Source: Polycladomyces zharkentensis (GTDB taxonomy: Bacteria; Bacillota; Bacilli; Thermoactinomycetales; JIR-001). Taken from it: DNA of 32,000 nt. Positions 8,111 to 17,014 of this stretch are shown piece after piece. Every line of letters begins with the position of its first letter. Position 1 is the first letter of the stretch. The translations under genes were made by a program, and so were the position numbers. The notes under the pieces are model-generated. The model saw only the letters and a list, made by a program, of their open reading frames with translations, was not told where the DNA came from and ran no database searches. Location of the stretch: the NCBI RefSeq assembly GCF_016938855.1, contig NZ_JAFHAP010000001.1:87501-119500 (forward strand). The letters run 5' to 3'.

Positions 8111-8970
8111 AGGCATTGGAAGTCCGACATTTATCCAAATCCTTTCGGGGTTTTGCGCTTCAGGACGTCTCGTTCTCCTTGGAAGAGGGGTACATCACCG
8201 GTTTGATCGGGGAAAACGGGTCAGGGAAGAGCACCACAATCAAGCTCATCCTGCAACTTCTGACCCCTGATTCGGGGGAAATTCGGATTTTCGGACTGGA
8301 CCCGTCCCGGCACAGTCGGGAGATCAAAGAGCGCATCGGCTTTGTGTTCGATGAACACCATTTCTATGAACATCTTACCGCTGATGAGATGAAGCACATC
8401 ATCGCTCCTTTTTACAAGCGGTGGAATGAGCGGATGTTTCAACGTTACGCCCGCGATTTTGATCTCCCGCTTCACAAAAAAATCAAGCAGCTCTCCAAAG
8501 GAATGAAAATGAAACTGTCGCTTGCATTCGCCCTCGCTCACGAACCGGATCTCATCATCATGGATGAACCCACATCCGGCCTCGATCCCGTCTTTCGTCG
8601 AGAGATACTCGATTTGTTGCGAGAGATCATGCTGGACGAGCACAAAACCATCTTCTTTTCCACCCATATCACCACGGATCTGGAACAGATCGCCGACCAC
8701 ATCATCTTTCTGCACAAAGGACGCGTGGTATGGGATGAGACCAAGGACCGGATTGAAGAGACGTATGCCTTGGTAAAAGGGGATACCCGATGGCTCACAC
8801 CGGAAGCGCGTCAAGCATTGATCGGCCTGCGGGAAACGGATGTGGGATTTGAAGGATTGGCTGCCGATGCGGACCATGTACATCGTCTGTTGGGTGAGCG
8901 TTGTGTGATGGAAAAGCCGTCGCTCGAAGACATCATGTATTTTACGATCAAAGGAGGGCGTTCCGCTTGA
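8107..8970 (+). CDS. ABC transporter ATP-binding protein (YtrB-like)
   Basis: Walker A GENGSGKST, signature LSKGMKMKL, Walker B LIIMDEPTSGLD. ATG 8107 preceded by GGAGGA. Confidence 0.92.
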   Translation: MKALEVRHLSKSFRGFALQDVSFSLEEGYITGLIGENGSGKSTTIKLILQLLTPDSGEIRIFGLDPSRHSREIKERIGFVFDEHHFYEHLTADEMKHIIAPFYKRWNERMFQRYARDFDLPLHKKIKQLSKGMKMKLSLAFALAHEPDLIIMDEPTSGLDPVFRREILDLLREIMLDEHKTIFFSTHITTDLEQIADHIIFLHKGRVVWDETKDRIEETYALVKGDTRWLTPEARQALIGLRETDVGFEGLAADADHVHRLLGERCVMEKPSLEDIMYFTIKGGRSA

Positions 8971-9611
8971 GTGTATGGTATTTGATCATCAAAGATCTGC
9001 GTGTGCAGAAATACATGTTCCTCGTCGCGCTGTTCTTCGCCTTTGTAAACATGTTGCTGACCAGAATGAACCAACTGGTCAACATCGTCATCCTCGCCTA
9101 TATGATGATCACAAGCTCGATTCAGTATGACGAAAAGCAGCGAACATCCGTATTGCTCAACTGCCTTCCCATCACCCGCCGATCTTTTGTCGCATCCAAA
9201 TATCTCAGTATTTTCCTGTATACATTGATCTCTGTGGTGATGGTGTTTCTGGTCAATCTGGCCGCCCTGTTCATCGCCCGGTTCGGATTACACCACAATC
9301 CGTTTACCTTGTCACTGTTTACGATACAGGATGTATTCTGGGCACTGGTGTGCATCATGGTACTCGCCGCCTTGTTTTTTCCGATCGCTCTCACGTTCGA
9401 CTGGAATGTGATGCAATATCTGTTGTTCGTCGTTTTGGCAGTGGGCGGAACGGGTCTGTTTTTCTTCGCCAACTGGATAAAAAGTCCTGATTCGCCGCTG
9501 GCCGGATCTCCTTTCGTACTGCATGTCGCTGTGATCGGGTTGGGTGTATCATTGTTGTTGTACGGATCATACCGTCTATCCCTGTTTTTGTATCAAAAAA
9601 AGGATTTGTAG
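8967..9611 (+). CDS. ABC-2 family transporter permease
   Basis: About six predicted TM segments and the LLNCLPITRRSFVASKYL motif typical of ABC-2 permeases partnered with GntR/ATPase pairs. TTG 8967 follows AAGGAGGG (8-nt spacer) and overlaps the ATPase stop (TTGA). Confidence 0.75.
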   Translation: MSVWYLIIKDLRVQKYMFLVALFFAFVNMLLTRMNQLVNIVILAYMMITSSIQYDEKQRTSVLLNCLPITRRSFVASKYLSIFLYTLISVVMVFLVNLAALFIARFGLHHNPFTLSLFTIQDVFWALVCIMVLAALFFPIALTFDWNVMQYLLFVVLAVGGTGLFFFANWIKSPDSPLAGSPFVLHVAVIGLGVSLLLYGSYRLSLFLYQKKDL

Positions 9612-9645
9612 GGTGACGTGAACTTGATCAGCAAATGAACAGCTC

Positions 9646-9671
9646 AACCGTCCGTTCAAGGGGCGGTTTTT
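9646..9671 (+). terminator. rho-independent terminator of the gntR-ABC operon
   Basis: AACCG(t)CC-loop-GG(g)GCGGTT followed by TTTTT. Confidence 0.6.
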
Positions 9672-9770
9672 GACTTACTCTTTCGTTTCACGTACAGCAA
9701 GGACGATGAAGGAAGTCGCAATGAAAAGAAACAGCCATGAGGAATGTCAACGGCATGATTCGTCACCTTT

Positions 9771-10040
9771 TCACATCGAAGTGATCAATAAACCCAAAAG
9801 GATGAACCCCAATATCAAGATGTCGAGGATCAAAACAACGGCGGCCCAGTACACTTTCGAGCCTTCCCGAAATCCCGCCGTACCGAAAACAAAACCCGTG
9901 ATCACGGTGATGAACAGATAAAAGTATATGATCGTTTTAGGGAGAGAGGGCAAAACATTTGTAAAATATAGCGTCAAAAAAACCAGTGCCAAAATCGTTG
10001 AAACAATCAACCCAAGGAAAACCATCCGCGGATTGGTCAT
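9771..10040 (-). CDS. small hypothetical membrane protein (about 3 TM)
   Basis: 89-aa strongly hydrophobic ORF. Strong SD GGAGGAGG 5 nt upstream of the ATG at 10040. Confidence 0.6.
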   Translation of the reverse strand: MTNPRMVFLGLIVSTILALVFLTLYFTNVLPSLPKTIIYFYLFITVITGFVFGTAGFREGSKVYWAAVVLILDILILGFILLGLLITSM

Positions 10041-10532
10041 TGTGCCTCCTCCAAAGCGTCATGATTGAACCCATTTAAACGGCTGGCCCGTCAGGAATTC
10101 CCATCGCCTACATACTCTCCTCTAATATCGTCCACTCACACTCACCGTCAGTCAAGAGATTACACAAATGCCTCCGAAAGGATTTCCGATACTGAATCAG
10201 AGCTGATGCCGTTCGATGCCGACGGGCCGTCTTCTCCCATAAATGACATCACCACCGGATAGTTTCTTCCCGGAATGCTCGCAAATGGAGACAACTCACA
10301 CACAATCGTCCACCTACCCCGGTTCGGCTCCATCGCGGCCAAATGTTCCACCGCCTTCTCCAATGGCTGATTAACCATAATAACACCCATTGGTACTGCC
10401 GCTAAAGTGAAATCCAGACGCCCGTGGAGTATTGGGAACGATCAGATACGGATGGAAGGCCCTGTTGGAATTGTTGTTCATTCATCGGAAATCATTAGCG
10501 GCGGGGCTACGGTCGGGAAATTGCGGAAGGTT

Positions 10533-10560
10533 CCTGCCTTGGGCGGTCGCCCAAGGCAGG
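10533..10560. repeat. perfect 13-bp inverted repeat with a 2-nt spacer
   Basis: CCTGCCTTGGGCG-GT-CGCCCAAGGCAGG, with no U-tract on either side. Lies in an ORF-poor stretch (10391..10680). Confidence 0.8.
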
Positions 10561-10692
10561 CTGGAGGTGCGCCTTGAAGTGGTGAATCGCGCACTGGCGT
10601 TTTCTCGTTCGTTGGGATTTGAGCATTACACCTGCTTCCAGTGTCAAGCAAGGGATCTGCATGCGGTATGAGTTGAGGGGATCATAATTTAT

Positions 10693-10721
10693 TTTACAAA
10701 AAAGGTTATTTGTGGTATAGT
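10693..10721 (+). promoter_or_regulatory. sigmaA promoter of the AT-rich csp gene
   Basis: TTTACA (10693..10698), 17 bp, TGg-TATAGT (10713..10721, extended -10). Implies a ~130-nt 5' UTR. Confidence 0.65.
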
Positions 10722-10751
10722 AAATTCTGGTTGTTATATTGAGGGTATATA

Positions 10752-10863
10752 ATTCACACATCTTATAAAGGATGATAAGTTTCGATTTGTCATTCTTTAT
10801 AATGTGTGAATGCATACCTTAAATATTATCAACACAAATATTTTTCGGAGGAATTCACACATG
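10752..10863 (+). promoter_or_regulatory. csp 5' UTR with mutually exclusive pairings that free or occlude the start codon
   Basis: Segment B (10795..10811) pairs with A (10752..10770; 10+7 bp with a 2-nt bulge). Alternatively its 10-mer ATGTGTGAAT (10802..10811) pairs with ATTCACACAT (10853..10862), which spans the SD-to-ATG spacer and the AT of the ATG. Confidence 0.45.
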
Positions 10864-11061
10864 CTACAAGGAACCGTTAAATGGTTTAATGCTGACAAAG
10901 GCTTCGGGTTTATCGAAGTGGAAGGCAGAGATAACGTATTCGTTCATTACTCTGCAATCAATGGTGTAGGATTTAAGACTTTGGATGAAGGCGATAAAGT
11001 GAGCTTTGAAATCACGAAAGGCAACCGTGGTGATCAAGCCGTCAATGTGGTGAAGTTGTAA
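10861..11061 (+). CDS. cold-shock protein (CspA family)
   Basis: 66 aa: [33 protein letters not shown], with RNP-1/RNP-2 motifs. GGAGG lies 9 nt upstream. The gene is about 42% GC by my count, below its surroundings. Confidence 0.95.
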   Translation: MLQGTVKWFNADKGFGFIEVEGRDNVFVHYSAINGVGFKTLDEGDKVSFEITKGNRGDQAVNVVKL

Positions 11062-11089
11062 AAACAGAGAAATAACCCATTCAGAACCG

Positions 11090-11120
11090 CCCCACTGGAG
11101 CTTAACTCCTGTGGGGTTTT
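11090..11120 (+). terminator. rho-independent terminator of csp
   Basis: CCCCACTGGAG-CTTAA-CTCCTGTGGGG followed by TTTT. Confidence 0.75.
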
Positions 11121-11262
11121 AGGTCTCATACTTCCATTGTCCAGTGTTTCGGCCATTCTGCCCAGAAAGACTCCTTGGTAAGAGAGCCTGGTCCTCTTTT
11201 GCTCAATTCCGTGACCGTCTGGGAAGGGTTCAACAAAAAAACATGCCCAATCCATATACAAA

Positions 11263-11288
11263 CCCGGCGGTTTTTCCGCCGGGTTTTT
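11263..11288. terminator. bidirectional terminator hairpin downstream of prfB
   Basis: CCCGGCGG-TTTTT-CCGCCGGG, with T5 on the plus side and AAA (TTT on minus) on the other. 44 nt past the prfB stop. Confidence 0.65.
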
Positions 11289-11331
11289 CAGGTAGCCTCA
11301 CCGGAACAAAATGCCCCGGTCCTTGGTATCG

Positions 11332-12454
11332 TCACTTTTTCGATTGTTGGCCGCCGATTTTTTGCCGGAGATACGCGTCGATAAAGATATCGATCTCCCC
11401 GTCCATCACGGCCTGCACGTTGCCCACCTCAACCTGCGTGCGGTGATCCTTGACCATACTGTAGGGGTGGAAGACGTAAGAGCGGATCTGGTTGCCCCAA
11501 CCGATCTCCGTCTGCTCCCCTTTCAACTGGTCGATCTGTTTGCGCCGCTCCTCCATCATGCGTTCATACAGACGCGCCTTCAGGATTTTCATCGCGCGCT
11601 CCCGGTTTTTGATCTGCGAACGCTCCGATTGGCATGTCACCACGATGCCGGTGGGCAAGTGCGTGATCCGCACCGCCGAATCGGTCGTGTTGACGTGCTG
11701 TCCCCCGGCGCCGCTGGAACGATACGTGTCGATTTTGAGTTCTTCCGGCTTGATCTCCACCTCTACATCATCATCCACTTCCGGCATGACGTTGGCGGAG
11801 ACAAACGACGTATGCCGGCGCCCGGATGCGTCGAACGGCGAAATCCGCACCAGACGGTGGACGCCTTTTTCCGCCTTGAGATATCCGTAGGCATTGTGCC
11901 CTTTGATCAACAGCGTGACGCTTTTGATGCCCGCTTCCTCGCCGGGCAGGTAATCCAACGTTTCCACCTTGTATCCTTTGCGCTCCGCCCAGCGCGTATA
12001 CATCCGGAGCAGCATCGACGCCCAGTCCTGCGATTCGGTTCCGCCTGCGCCGGGGTGAAGCTCCAGGATGGCATTGTTTTTGTCGTAGGGTTCGCTCAAC
12101 AGGAGACTCAGCTCAAACTGCGTCATCTCTTTTTTGAGCGAACGAATCGTTTCTTCCGCTTCCTCCAGGAGCGACTCATCGTCCTCCTCGGCGGCCAGCT
12201 CCAACAGGACCTGCAGATCTTCGTGCGCCTGCTCCAGTTTGGTCATCGTTTCGACCTGGGCTTTCAGCGCGTTGGCTTCGTCAATCACTTTTTGCGCTTG
12301 TTGCTGATCATCCCAGAAATCGGGGGCAGTCATTTGCGCTTCCAGTTCCGCAATGCGCGCTTTTTTCTGATCGAGGTCAAAGAGACCCCCTGATGTCCGC
12401 CAATCGCTTGGCTGTATTGTTTACTTCCTGTTTCAGTTCACCCAATGAAATCAC
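11332..12454 (-). CDS. prfB: peptide chain release factor 2, expressed via programmed +1 frameshift
   Basis: Main ORF 11332..12333 has the SPF and GGQ motifs ([18 protein letters not shown]). Frame 0 starts at GTG 12454 (AGAGGTGAT upstream) and encodes [25 protein letters not shown]. It then meets TGA at 12379..12377. A +1 shift resumes at GAC 12378..12376 ([22 protein letters not shown]...). Confidence 0.93.
12376..12391 (-). other. RF2 recoding site: SD-like AGGGGG, 3-nt spacer, CTT TGA C
   Basis: The minus strand reads AGGGGG TCT CTT TGA C, near-identical to the canonical AGGGGG TAT CTT TGA C. Confidence 0.9.
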
Positions 12455-12504
12455 GACAAATCACCTCTTCGCGCTTTTCCGTTTCAAGGAAATGTACCTC
12501 CCTC

Positions 12505-12534
12505 ATTATAACGCAATCCGGAACGAAATTCGAA
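12505..12534 (-). promoter_or_regulatory. candidate prfB promoter
   Basis: On the minus strand: TTCGAA (12534..12529), 18 bp, TATAAT (12510..12505). The -35 is weak. Confidence 0.4.
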
Positions 12535-12594
12535 TCCGTAGACCAGGCATGCCTTCTTTCTCTCCCGTTTTTCTGTACGCAAAGGGACCTGTCG

Positions 12595-12624
12595 AAAAAG
12601 GCCCCCCATTTTAAAGGGGAGGCC
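12595..12624 (-). terminator. rho-independent terminator after secA
   Basis: On the minus strand: GGCC(t)CCCC-8-nt loop-GGGGGGCC followed by TTTTT. Confidence 0.75.
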
Positions 12625-12670
12625 TCCTGAGATACGAGACGGACTTTCCTTTTGCTCCATTATTCCTGCA

Positions 12671-15205
12671 TCAACCCGTTTGTTTTGCGCGGGCGCAACA
12701 GTGTTTGTACTTTTTGCCGCTTCCGCACGGACAGGGGTCATTGCGCCCCACTTTGTCCGCCCGGCGAACCGGCTGGCGTTTGGCTTCCTCTTTGGCTTGC
12801 GAATCGCTGTGGACGGCGGTGGTGTTGACTGCCACCTCTTCGCGCTCGATCTCTTCGCCCACGCTGGACTTCATCACGTATTTTACCACTTCTTCCTGGA
12901 TCTCGCGCACCATCTGCTCAAACATCTCGAAGCCTTCAAACTGGTATTCGCGCAACGGATCGGTCTGTCCGTACGCCCGCAGGTGGATGCCCTGACGCAA
13001 TTGGTCCATGGCATCGATGTGGTCCATCCATTTGCGGTCCACCGTGCGCAGGATGACCACTTTGGAGAATTCCTGCATCCGGTCGAAGCCGATCTCCTCC
13101 ACACGCTGGTCATAGGTTTTTTCCACGGCTTCGTACAACGTGTCGATGATTTCATCCGGCTCCTTGTCCTGCAAGTCCTCTTCGCTCACCGAACCGGGCG
13201 GGAGCAGGTTGGATTCCATGTAGTCGATGATCGACTCCAAATCCCACTCTTCCGGCAACGCGTCTTCGGATGTGTGGGCCTTCACCGCGTGTTCGATCAC
13301 GTCTTTGGCCATATTGAGGACGACATCGCGCAGGTTGTCGCTGAACAGCACTTCGCGCCGCTGTTTGTAGATGATTTCCCGTTGCTGGTTCAGAACGTCA
13401 TCGTATTGCAACACCCAGCGACGGGCATCGAAGTTCATGCCCTCCACCTTTTTCTGCGCGTTTTCCACCGCTCTGGTGAACATTTTGCCCTCGATCGGCT
13501 GGTCGTCCTCCATCCCCAGACGATCCATCATGTTTTTGATGCTGTCGGAGCCGAACCGCCGCATCAAATCATCTTCCAACGACAGATAGAACTGCGACGA
13601 ACCCGGATCGCCCTGCCGGCCGGAACGTCCGCGCAACTGGTTGTCGATCCGGCGGCTTTCGTGTCGTTCGGTCCCGATGACATGCAATCCGCCCAACTCA
13701 GCCACGCCTTCGCCCAAGACGATGTCCGTTCCGCGTCCGGCCATGTTGGTAGCGATGGTCACAGAACCTTTTTGCCCCGCCTGCGCGATGATTTCCGCTT
13801 CGCGCTCGTGGTTTTTGGCGTTGAGTACCTGATGGGGAATACCGCGTTTTTTCAGCATGCGGGACAACTGTTCCGATTTCTCGATTGACACCGTTCCGAC
13901 AAGGACAGGTTGCCCCTTCTTGTGTCGACGGACAATCTCTTCGACGACGGCTTTGAATTTGGCCTCCTCGGTCTTATAAAGCAGATCCGTCATGTCTTCG
14001 CGGATCATCGGGCGGTGGGTCGGAATCTGCACCACATTCATACCGTAAATTTTGCGGAACTCTTCTTCTTCCGTCTTGGCCGTACCGGTCATCCCAGCCA
14101 GTTTCTTGTACAGACGGAAATAGTTTTGCAGTGTGATCGTGGCCAACGTCATGCTCTCCCGTTGGACCTGCAAACCTTCCTTGGCCTCAATCGCTTGGTG
14201 CAGACCGTCGCTGTACCTGCGACCGTGCATGAGGCGACCGGTAAACTCGTCCACAATCACCACGCCGTCTTCGTTGACGACGTAGTCACGGTCCCGCTTC
14301 ATCAGCACATGCGCTTTGAGGGCCTGTTGGACATGGTGATTCAACGTAATGTTTTTCACGTCATACAAATTGTCCACACCCAGGAATTTTTCCGCTTTGC
14401 TCACACCCTGCTCGGTCAGGGAGACAGCTTTCGTCTTCTCGTCCACCGTGTAATCCTCTTCCGGGCGGAGTCGGCGCACCAGCTGATCGGCCACGTAATA
14501 CAAATCAGTCGCCTTGTTGGCCTGCCCGCTGATGATGAGCGGCGTCCGCGCTTCGTCGATCAGGATGCTGTCCACCTCGTCCACGATGGCGAAATGCAGG
14601 TCCCGTTGCACGATCTGCTCGGGATACAGCACCATGTTGTCGCGCAGATAGTCAAATCCGAACTCGTTGTTGGTCCCGAAGGTGATGTCCGCCTGGTAAG
14701 CGGCACGCTTTTCTTCGGGAGTCAGCCCGGGAAGGTTCAACCCGACGCTCAGGCCGAGAAATTCAAACACCTGACCCATCCACTCTTTGTCCCGTTTGGC
14801 CAGGTAGTCGTTTACCGTCACGACGTGGACGCCCTTCCCTTCCAGAGCGTTCAAATACGCCGGCAACGTGGCGACCAGGGTTTTCCCCTCCCCGGTCTTC
14901 ATCTCGGCAATATCGCCGTTGTGCAGGACGATGCCGCCCACCAGCTGAACGTAAAAATGGCGCATGCCCAGCACGCGCTTGGCTGCCTCCCGAACGACCG
15001 CATACGCTTCCGGGAGCAGATCGTCCAAGGTTTCGCCTTCCGCCAGGCGCGCTTTGAACTCGTCCGTTTTGTTTCGAAGCTCCGCGTCGGAGAGTTTGGA
15101 GATCTCCGGCTCCAGCGCTTCGATCTGATCGGCAATTTTATAGCAACGTTTCAATTCGCGTTCGTTGGCATCCGGGATCAGCTTTTTGAGCAAACCCAGC
15201 ATCAT
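12671..15205 (-). CDS. secA: preprotein translocase ATPase SecA
   Basis: 844 aa. Walker [14 protein letters not shown]-like [19 protein letters not shown]-terminal zinc motif [13 protein letters not shown]. Confidence 0.97.
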   Translation of the reverse strand: MMLGLLKKLIPDANERELKRCYKIADQIEALEPEISKLSDAELRNKTDEFKARLAEGETLDDLLPEAYAVVREAAKRVLGMRHFYVQLVGGIVLHNGDIAEMKTGEGKTLVATLPAYLNALEGKGVHVVTVNDYLAKRDKEWMGQVFEFLGLSVGLNLPGLTPEEKRAAYQADITFGTNNEFGFDYLRDNMVLYPEQIVQRDLHFAIVDEVDSILIDEARTPLIISGQANKATDLYYVADQLVRRLRPEEDYTVDEKTKAVSLTEQGVSKAEKFLGVDNLYDVKNITLNHHVQQALKAHVLMKRDRDYVVNEDGVVIVDEFTGRLMHGRRYSDGLHQAIEAKEGLQVQRESMTLATITLQNYFRLYKKLAGMTGTAKTEEEEFRKIYGMNVVQIPTHRPMIREDMTDLLYKTEEAKFKAVVEEIVRRHKKGQPVLVGTVSIEKSEQLSRMLKKRGIPHQVLNAKNHEREAEIIAQAGQKGSVTIATNMAGRGTDIVLGEGVAELGGLHVIGTERHESRRIDNQLRGRSGRQGDPGSSQFYLSLEDDLMRRFGSDSIKNMMDRLGMEDDQPIEGKMFTRAVENAQKKVEGMNFDARRWVLQYDDVLNQQREIIYKQRREVLFSDNLRDVVLNMAKDVIEHAVKAHTSEDALPEEWDLESIIDYMESNLLPPGSVSEEDLQDKEPDEIIDTLYEAVEKTYDQRVEEIGFDRMQEFSKVVILRTVDRKWMDHIDAMDQLRQGIHLRAYGQTDPLREYQFEGFEMFEQMVREIQEEVVKYVMKSSVGEEIEREEVAVNTTAVHSDSQAKEEAKRQPVRRADKVGRNDPCPCGSGKKYKHCCARAKQTG

Positions 15206-15362
15206 TTCATCCCCTTCCCCATCATCCAGGGTATATTGGTAAGTGCGACATCCGAGGTCACACGAAATTCCAAGGAAGGTATCAACTATTAGTTTACCAA
15301 AAATACCAGCTGAATTTCACTTTTTTCGCAAAAGGTTCGAAAGCTTTTTGTCTCCTCTTCAT

Positions 15363-15397
15363 GGACAAAACGAGGCGGCAGTGAAATCACTGCCGCC
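15363..15397 (-). terminator. rho-independent terminator, ~240 nt downstream of the hpf stop
   Basis: On the minus strand: GGCGGCAGTG-ATTT-CACTGCCGCC (10-bp stem) followed by TCGTTTTGT. Confidence 0.8.
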
Positions 15398-15640
15398 TGG
15401 AACCGGCCTGTTTGGCCGATCCGCACAATCATTCATTTGAAGGACGGTCAGGTGAGTGGCCCCTCACGGCTGAAGCACCTGAGGCAATTCCTTCGGTCGC
15501 CGTGGGCTTCCAGCTTCATCTGGCGTGGCAACCCACATCCATCCACCACGCCCTGGTGAAGAGGGTGTTTTCCGGGTTTACTTTTTTCTTCCCCTCAAAC
15601 TGGGCCGTCAAACCCGAATCGAATTCCTTATATTTCCTTA

Positions 15641-16189
15641 TCATTCAGGCTCAATCAAACCATAACGCCCGTCTTTTCTACGGTACACCACATTGATTTC
15701 ATCCGTATCCGCATTGGTGAATACGAAGAAATTATGTCCGAGCATTTCCATCTGCATGATGGCTTCTTCCACATCCATCGGTTTCAAGTGAAAACGCTTT
15801 GTGCGAACCACAACGGGTTCTTCTTCATCATCCACCAAAGCGGTGGAGGTGTTTCCGTTTTCAACAAGTTGCGAACGGAGGCTTCCTTCCTGACGGACTT
15901 TGCGGTTGACCTTGGTTTTGTACTTCCGAATCTGGCGCTCCAACTTTTCCACGACCAAGTCGATCGAAGCATACATGTCCGCGCTTTTTTCCTCCGCGCG
16001 AACCAGCACGCCTGGAAAGGGAATCGTCACTTCCACCTTGTGATCATCGCGAATCACGCTGAGCGCGATGTGTGCATCGGCGGAAGGAGGGGTGTCGAAA
16101 TACTTCTCCAGACGGCTGATCTTTTTTTCGACAAAATTCCGCAAAGCTTCCGTCACTTCGAGGTTATTTCCGCGAATGACATAATTCAT
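15641..16189 (-). CDS. hpf: ribosome hibernation-promoting factor, long form (YvyD/HPF)
   Basis: MNYVIRGNNLEVTEALRNFVEKK..., plus the C-terminal dimerisation domain (KPMDVEEAIMQMEMLGHNFFVFTNADT). ATG 16189 with AAGGGGGAT 7 nt upstream. Sits directly upstream of secA as in B. subtilis. Confidence 0.93.
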   Translation of the reverse strand: MNYVIRGNNLEVTEALRNFVEKKISRLEKYFDTPPSADAHIALSVIRDDHKVEVTIPFPGVLVRAEEKSADMYASIDLVVEKLERQIRKYKTKVNRKVRQEGSLRSQLVENGNTSTALVDDEEEPVVVRTKRFHLKPMDVEEAIMQMEMLGHNFFVFTNADTDEINVVYRRKDGRYGLIEPE

Positions 16190-16321
16190 GAAGCGAATCC
16201 CCCTTTTCGCTTTATACATTATCTATTCCTGCGTTATCCGAAAATTCCTCCCTTATATTCACTATTTCTTAATAGTAAGTTCACCCATTTTTAACAAATC
16301 GCTTCCTTCGAAAAACGTCGA

Positions 16322-16355
16322 ATCAAAACGAAACCCCTTCGCCGAAGCGAAGGGG
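16322..16355 (-). terminator. rho-independent terminator of the second csp gene
   Basis: On the minus strand: CCCCTTCGC-TTCG-GCGAAGGGG followed by TTTCGTTTTG. Confidence 0.8.
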
Positions 16356-16395
16356 TGAGTAGTCATCGGTTGTTCATCCAGTCAAGGAAAAACGA

Positions 16396-16596
16396 TTACC
16401 CGATTTTCGTGACGTTCGCAGCCTGTGGTCCACGCGGACCTTCCACGATGTCAAATTCTACAAACTGACCTTCATCCAGGGTTTTGAATCCTTCTTCCTG
16501 GATGGCCGAGTAGTGGACGAATACGTCTTCGCCACCCTCGCGCTCAATGAAACCATAGCCCTTCTCCGCGTTGAACCACTTGACTTTGCCTTGCAT
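16396..16596 (-). CDS. cold-shock protein (CspA family)
   Basis: 66 aa: [35 protein letters not shown] track entry 16396..16650 trimmed to the ATG at 16596. GC is typical of the host. Confidence 0.95.
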   Translation of the reverse strand: MQGKVKWFNAEKGYGFIEREGGEDVFVHYSAIQEEGFKTLDEGQFVEFDIVEGPRGPQAANVTKIG

Positions 16597-16661
16597 GAAA
16601 ACACATTCCCTTCTTGATTTAAATACGCAAATGAGACGGGTAAATCTCATAATGCTTTTTC

Positions 16662-16690
16662 ACTATATCATTGGGCTGAACCAAAGTCAA
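16662..16690 (-). promoter_or_regulatory. sigmaA promoter of the second csp gene
   Basis: On the minus strand: TTGACT (16690..16685), 17 bp, TATAGT (16667..16662). Confidence 0.6.
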
Positions 16691-16724
16691 GAATATTTCT
16701 CCAAACGGGGAAATGATCGCCTTG

Positions 16725-16970
16725 AGGCTTACTTACTGACGCGGTTCACCATTCCTGCGCCGTTCGGTTCCAGGATGTGTTTGGTGAATCCTGTCCACAT
16801 TGATTTTCCGGCCTGCTCCCCTAAGTCCTGCAGTGAGGCGGAGATGATCTCTCCGGCCCGATCAGCACGGGACGCGGACAAGCACGCTTCACTTGGAGGA
16901 AATTGCCTGCGATTTCAATCCTGCGCCTCCCGGGTCTTCGCTCAGTCAGGCCCCGGTAAGTCGCTCGCCT
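16725..16970 (-). ncRNA. candidate structured non-coding RNA (unclassified; raiA-motif RNA is a context-based hypothesis)
   Basis: ORF-free GC-rich block between the ABC ATPase stop and the csp promoter. It is closed by AGGC/GCCT plus CTTAC/GTAAG (16725..16736 with 16956..16970). Several perfect 5-7-bp internal helices and direct repeats are listed in the findings. Strand is assigned from context only. Confidence 0.35.
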
Positions 16971-17014
16971 GAAAAACGTTGCTCCGCTACGGAACGACCA
17001 GACTCTCCCTGTTC

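Noticed and set aside
10160-10390. 76-aa ORF (MGVIMVNQPLEKAVEHLAAMEPNRGRW...).
   Set aside because: Neither candidate ATG has an SD and I recognise no family. It could be a gene remnant, so I did not annotate it (subjective probability about 0.2).
11121-11262. A possible small gene or sRNA between the csp terminator and the prfB terminator, including the 75-aa minus ORF 11034..11261.
   Set aside because: The ORF runs antisense through the csp terminator and the csp 3' end. AAGGAG lies 14 nt from the internal ATG, which is too far. There is no promoter or clear structure.
16571-16972. 133-aa plus-strand ORF across the csp-to-ABC intergenic region, and the 79-aa ORF 19446..19685(-) across the AT-rich HU-to-ABC spacer.
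   Set aside because: The first starts antisense inside csp with no SD. The second spans a terminator and a promoter. Both regions are better explained as regulatory or RNA sequence.
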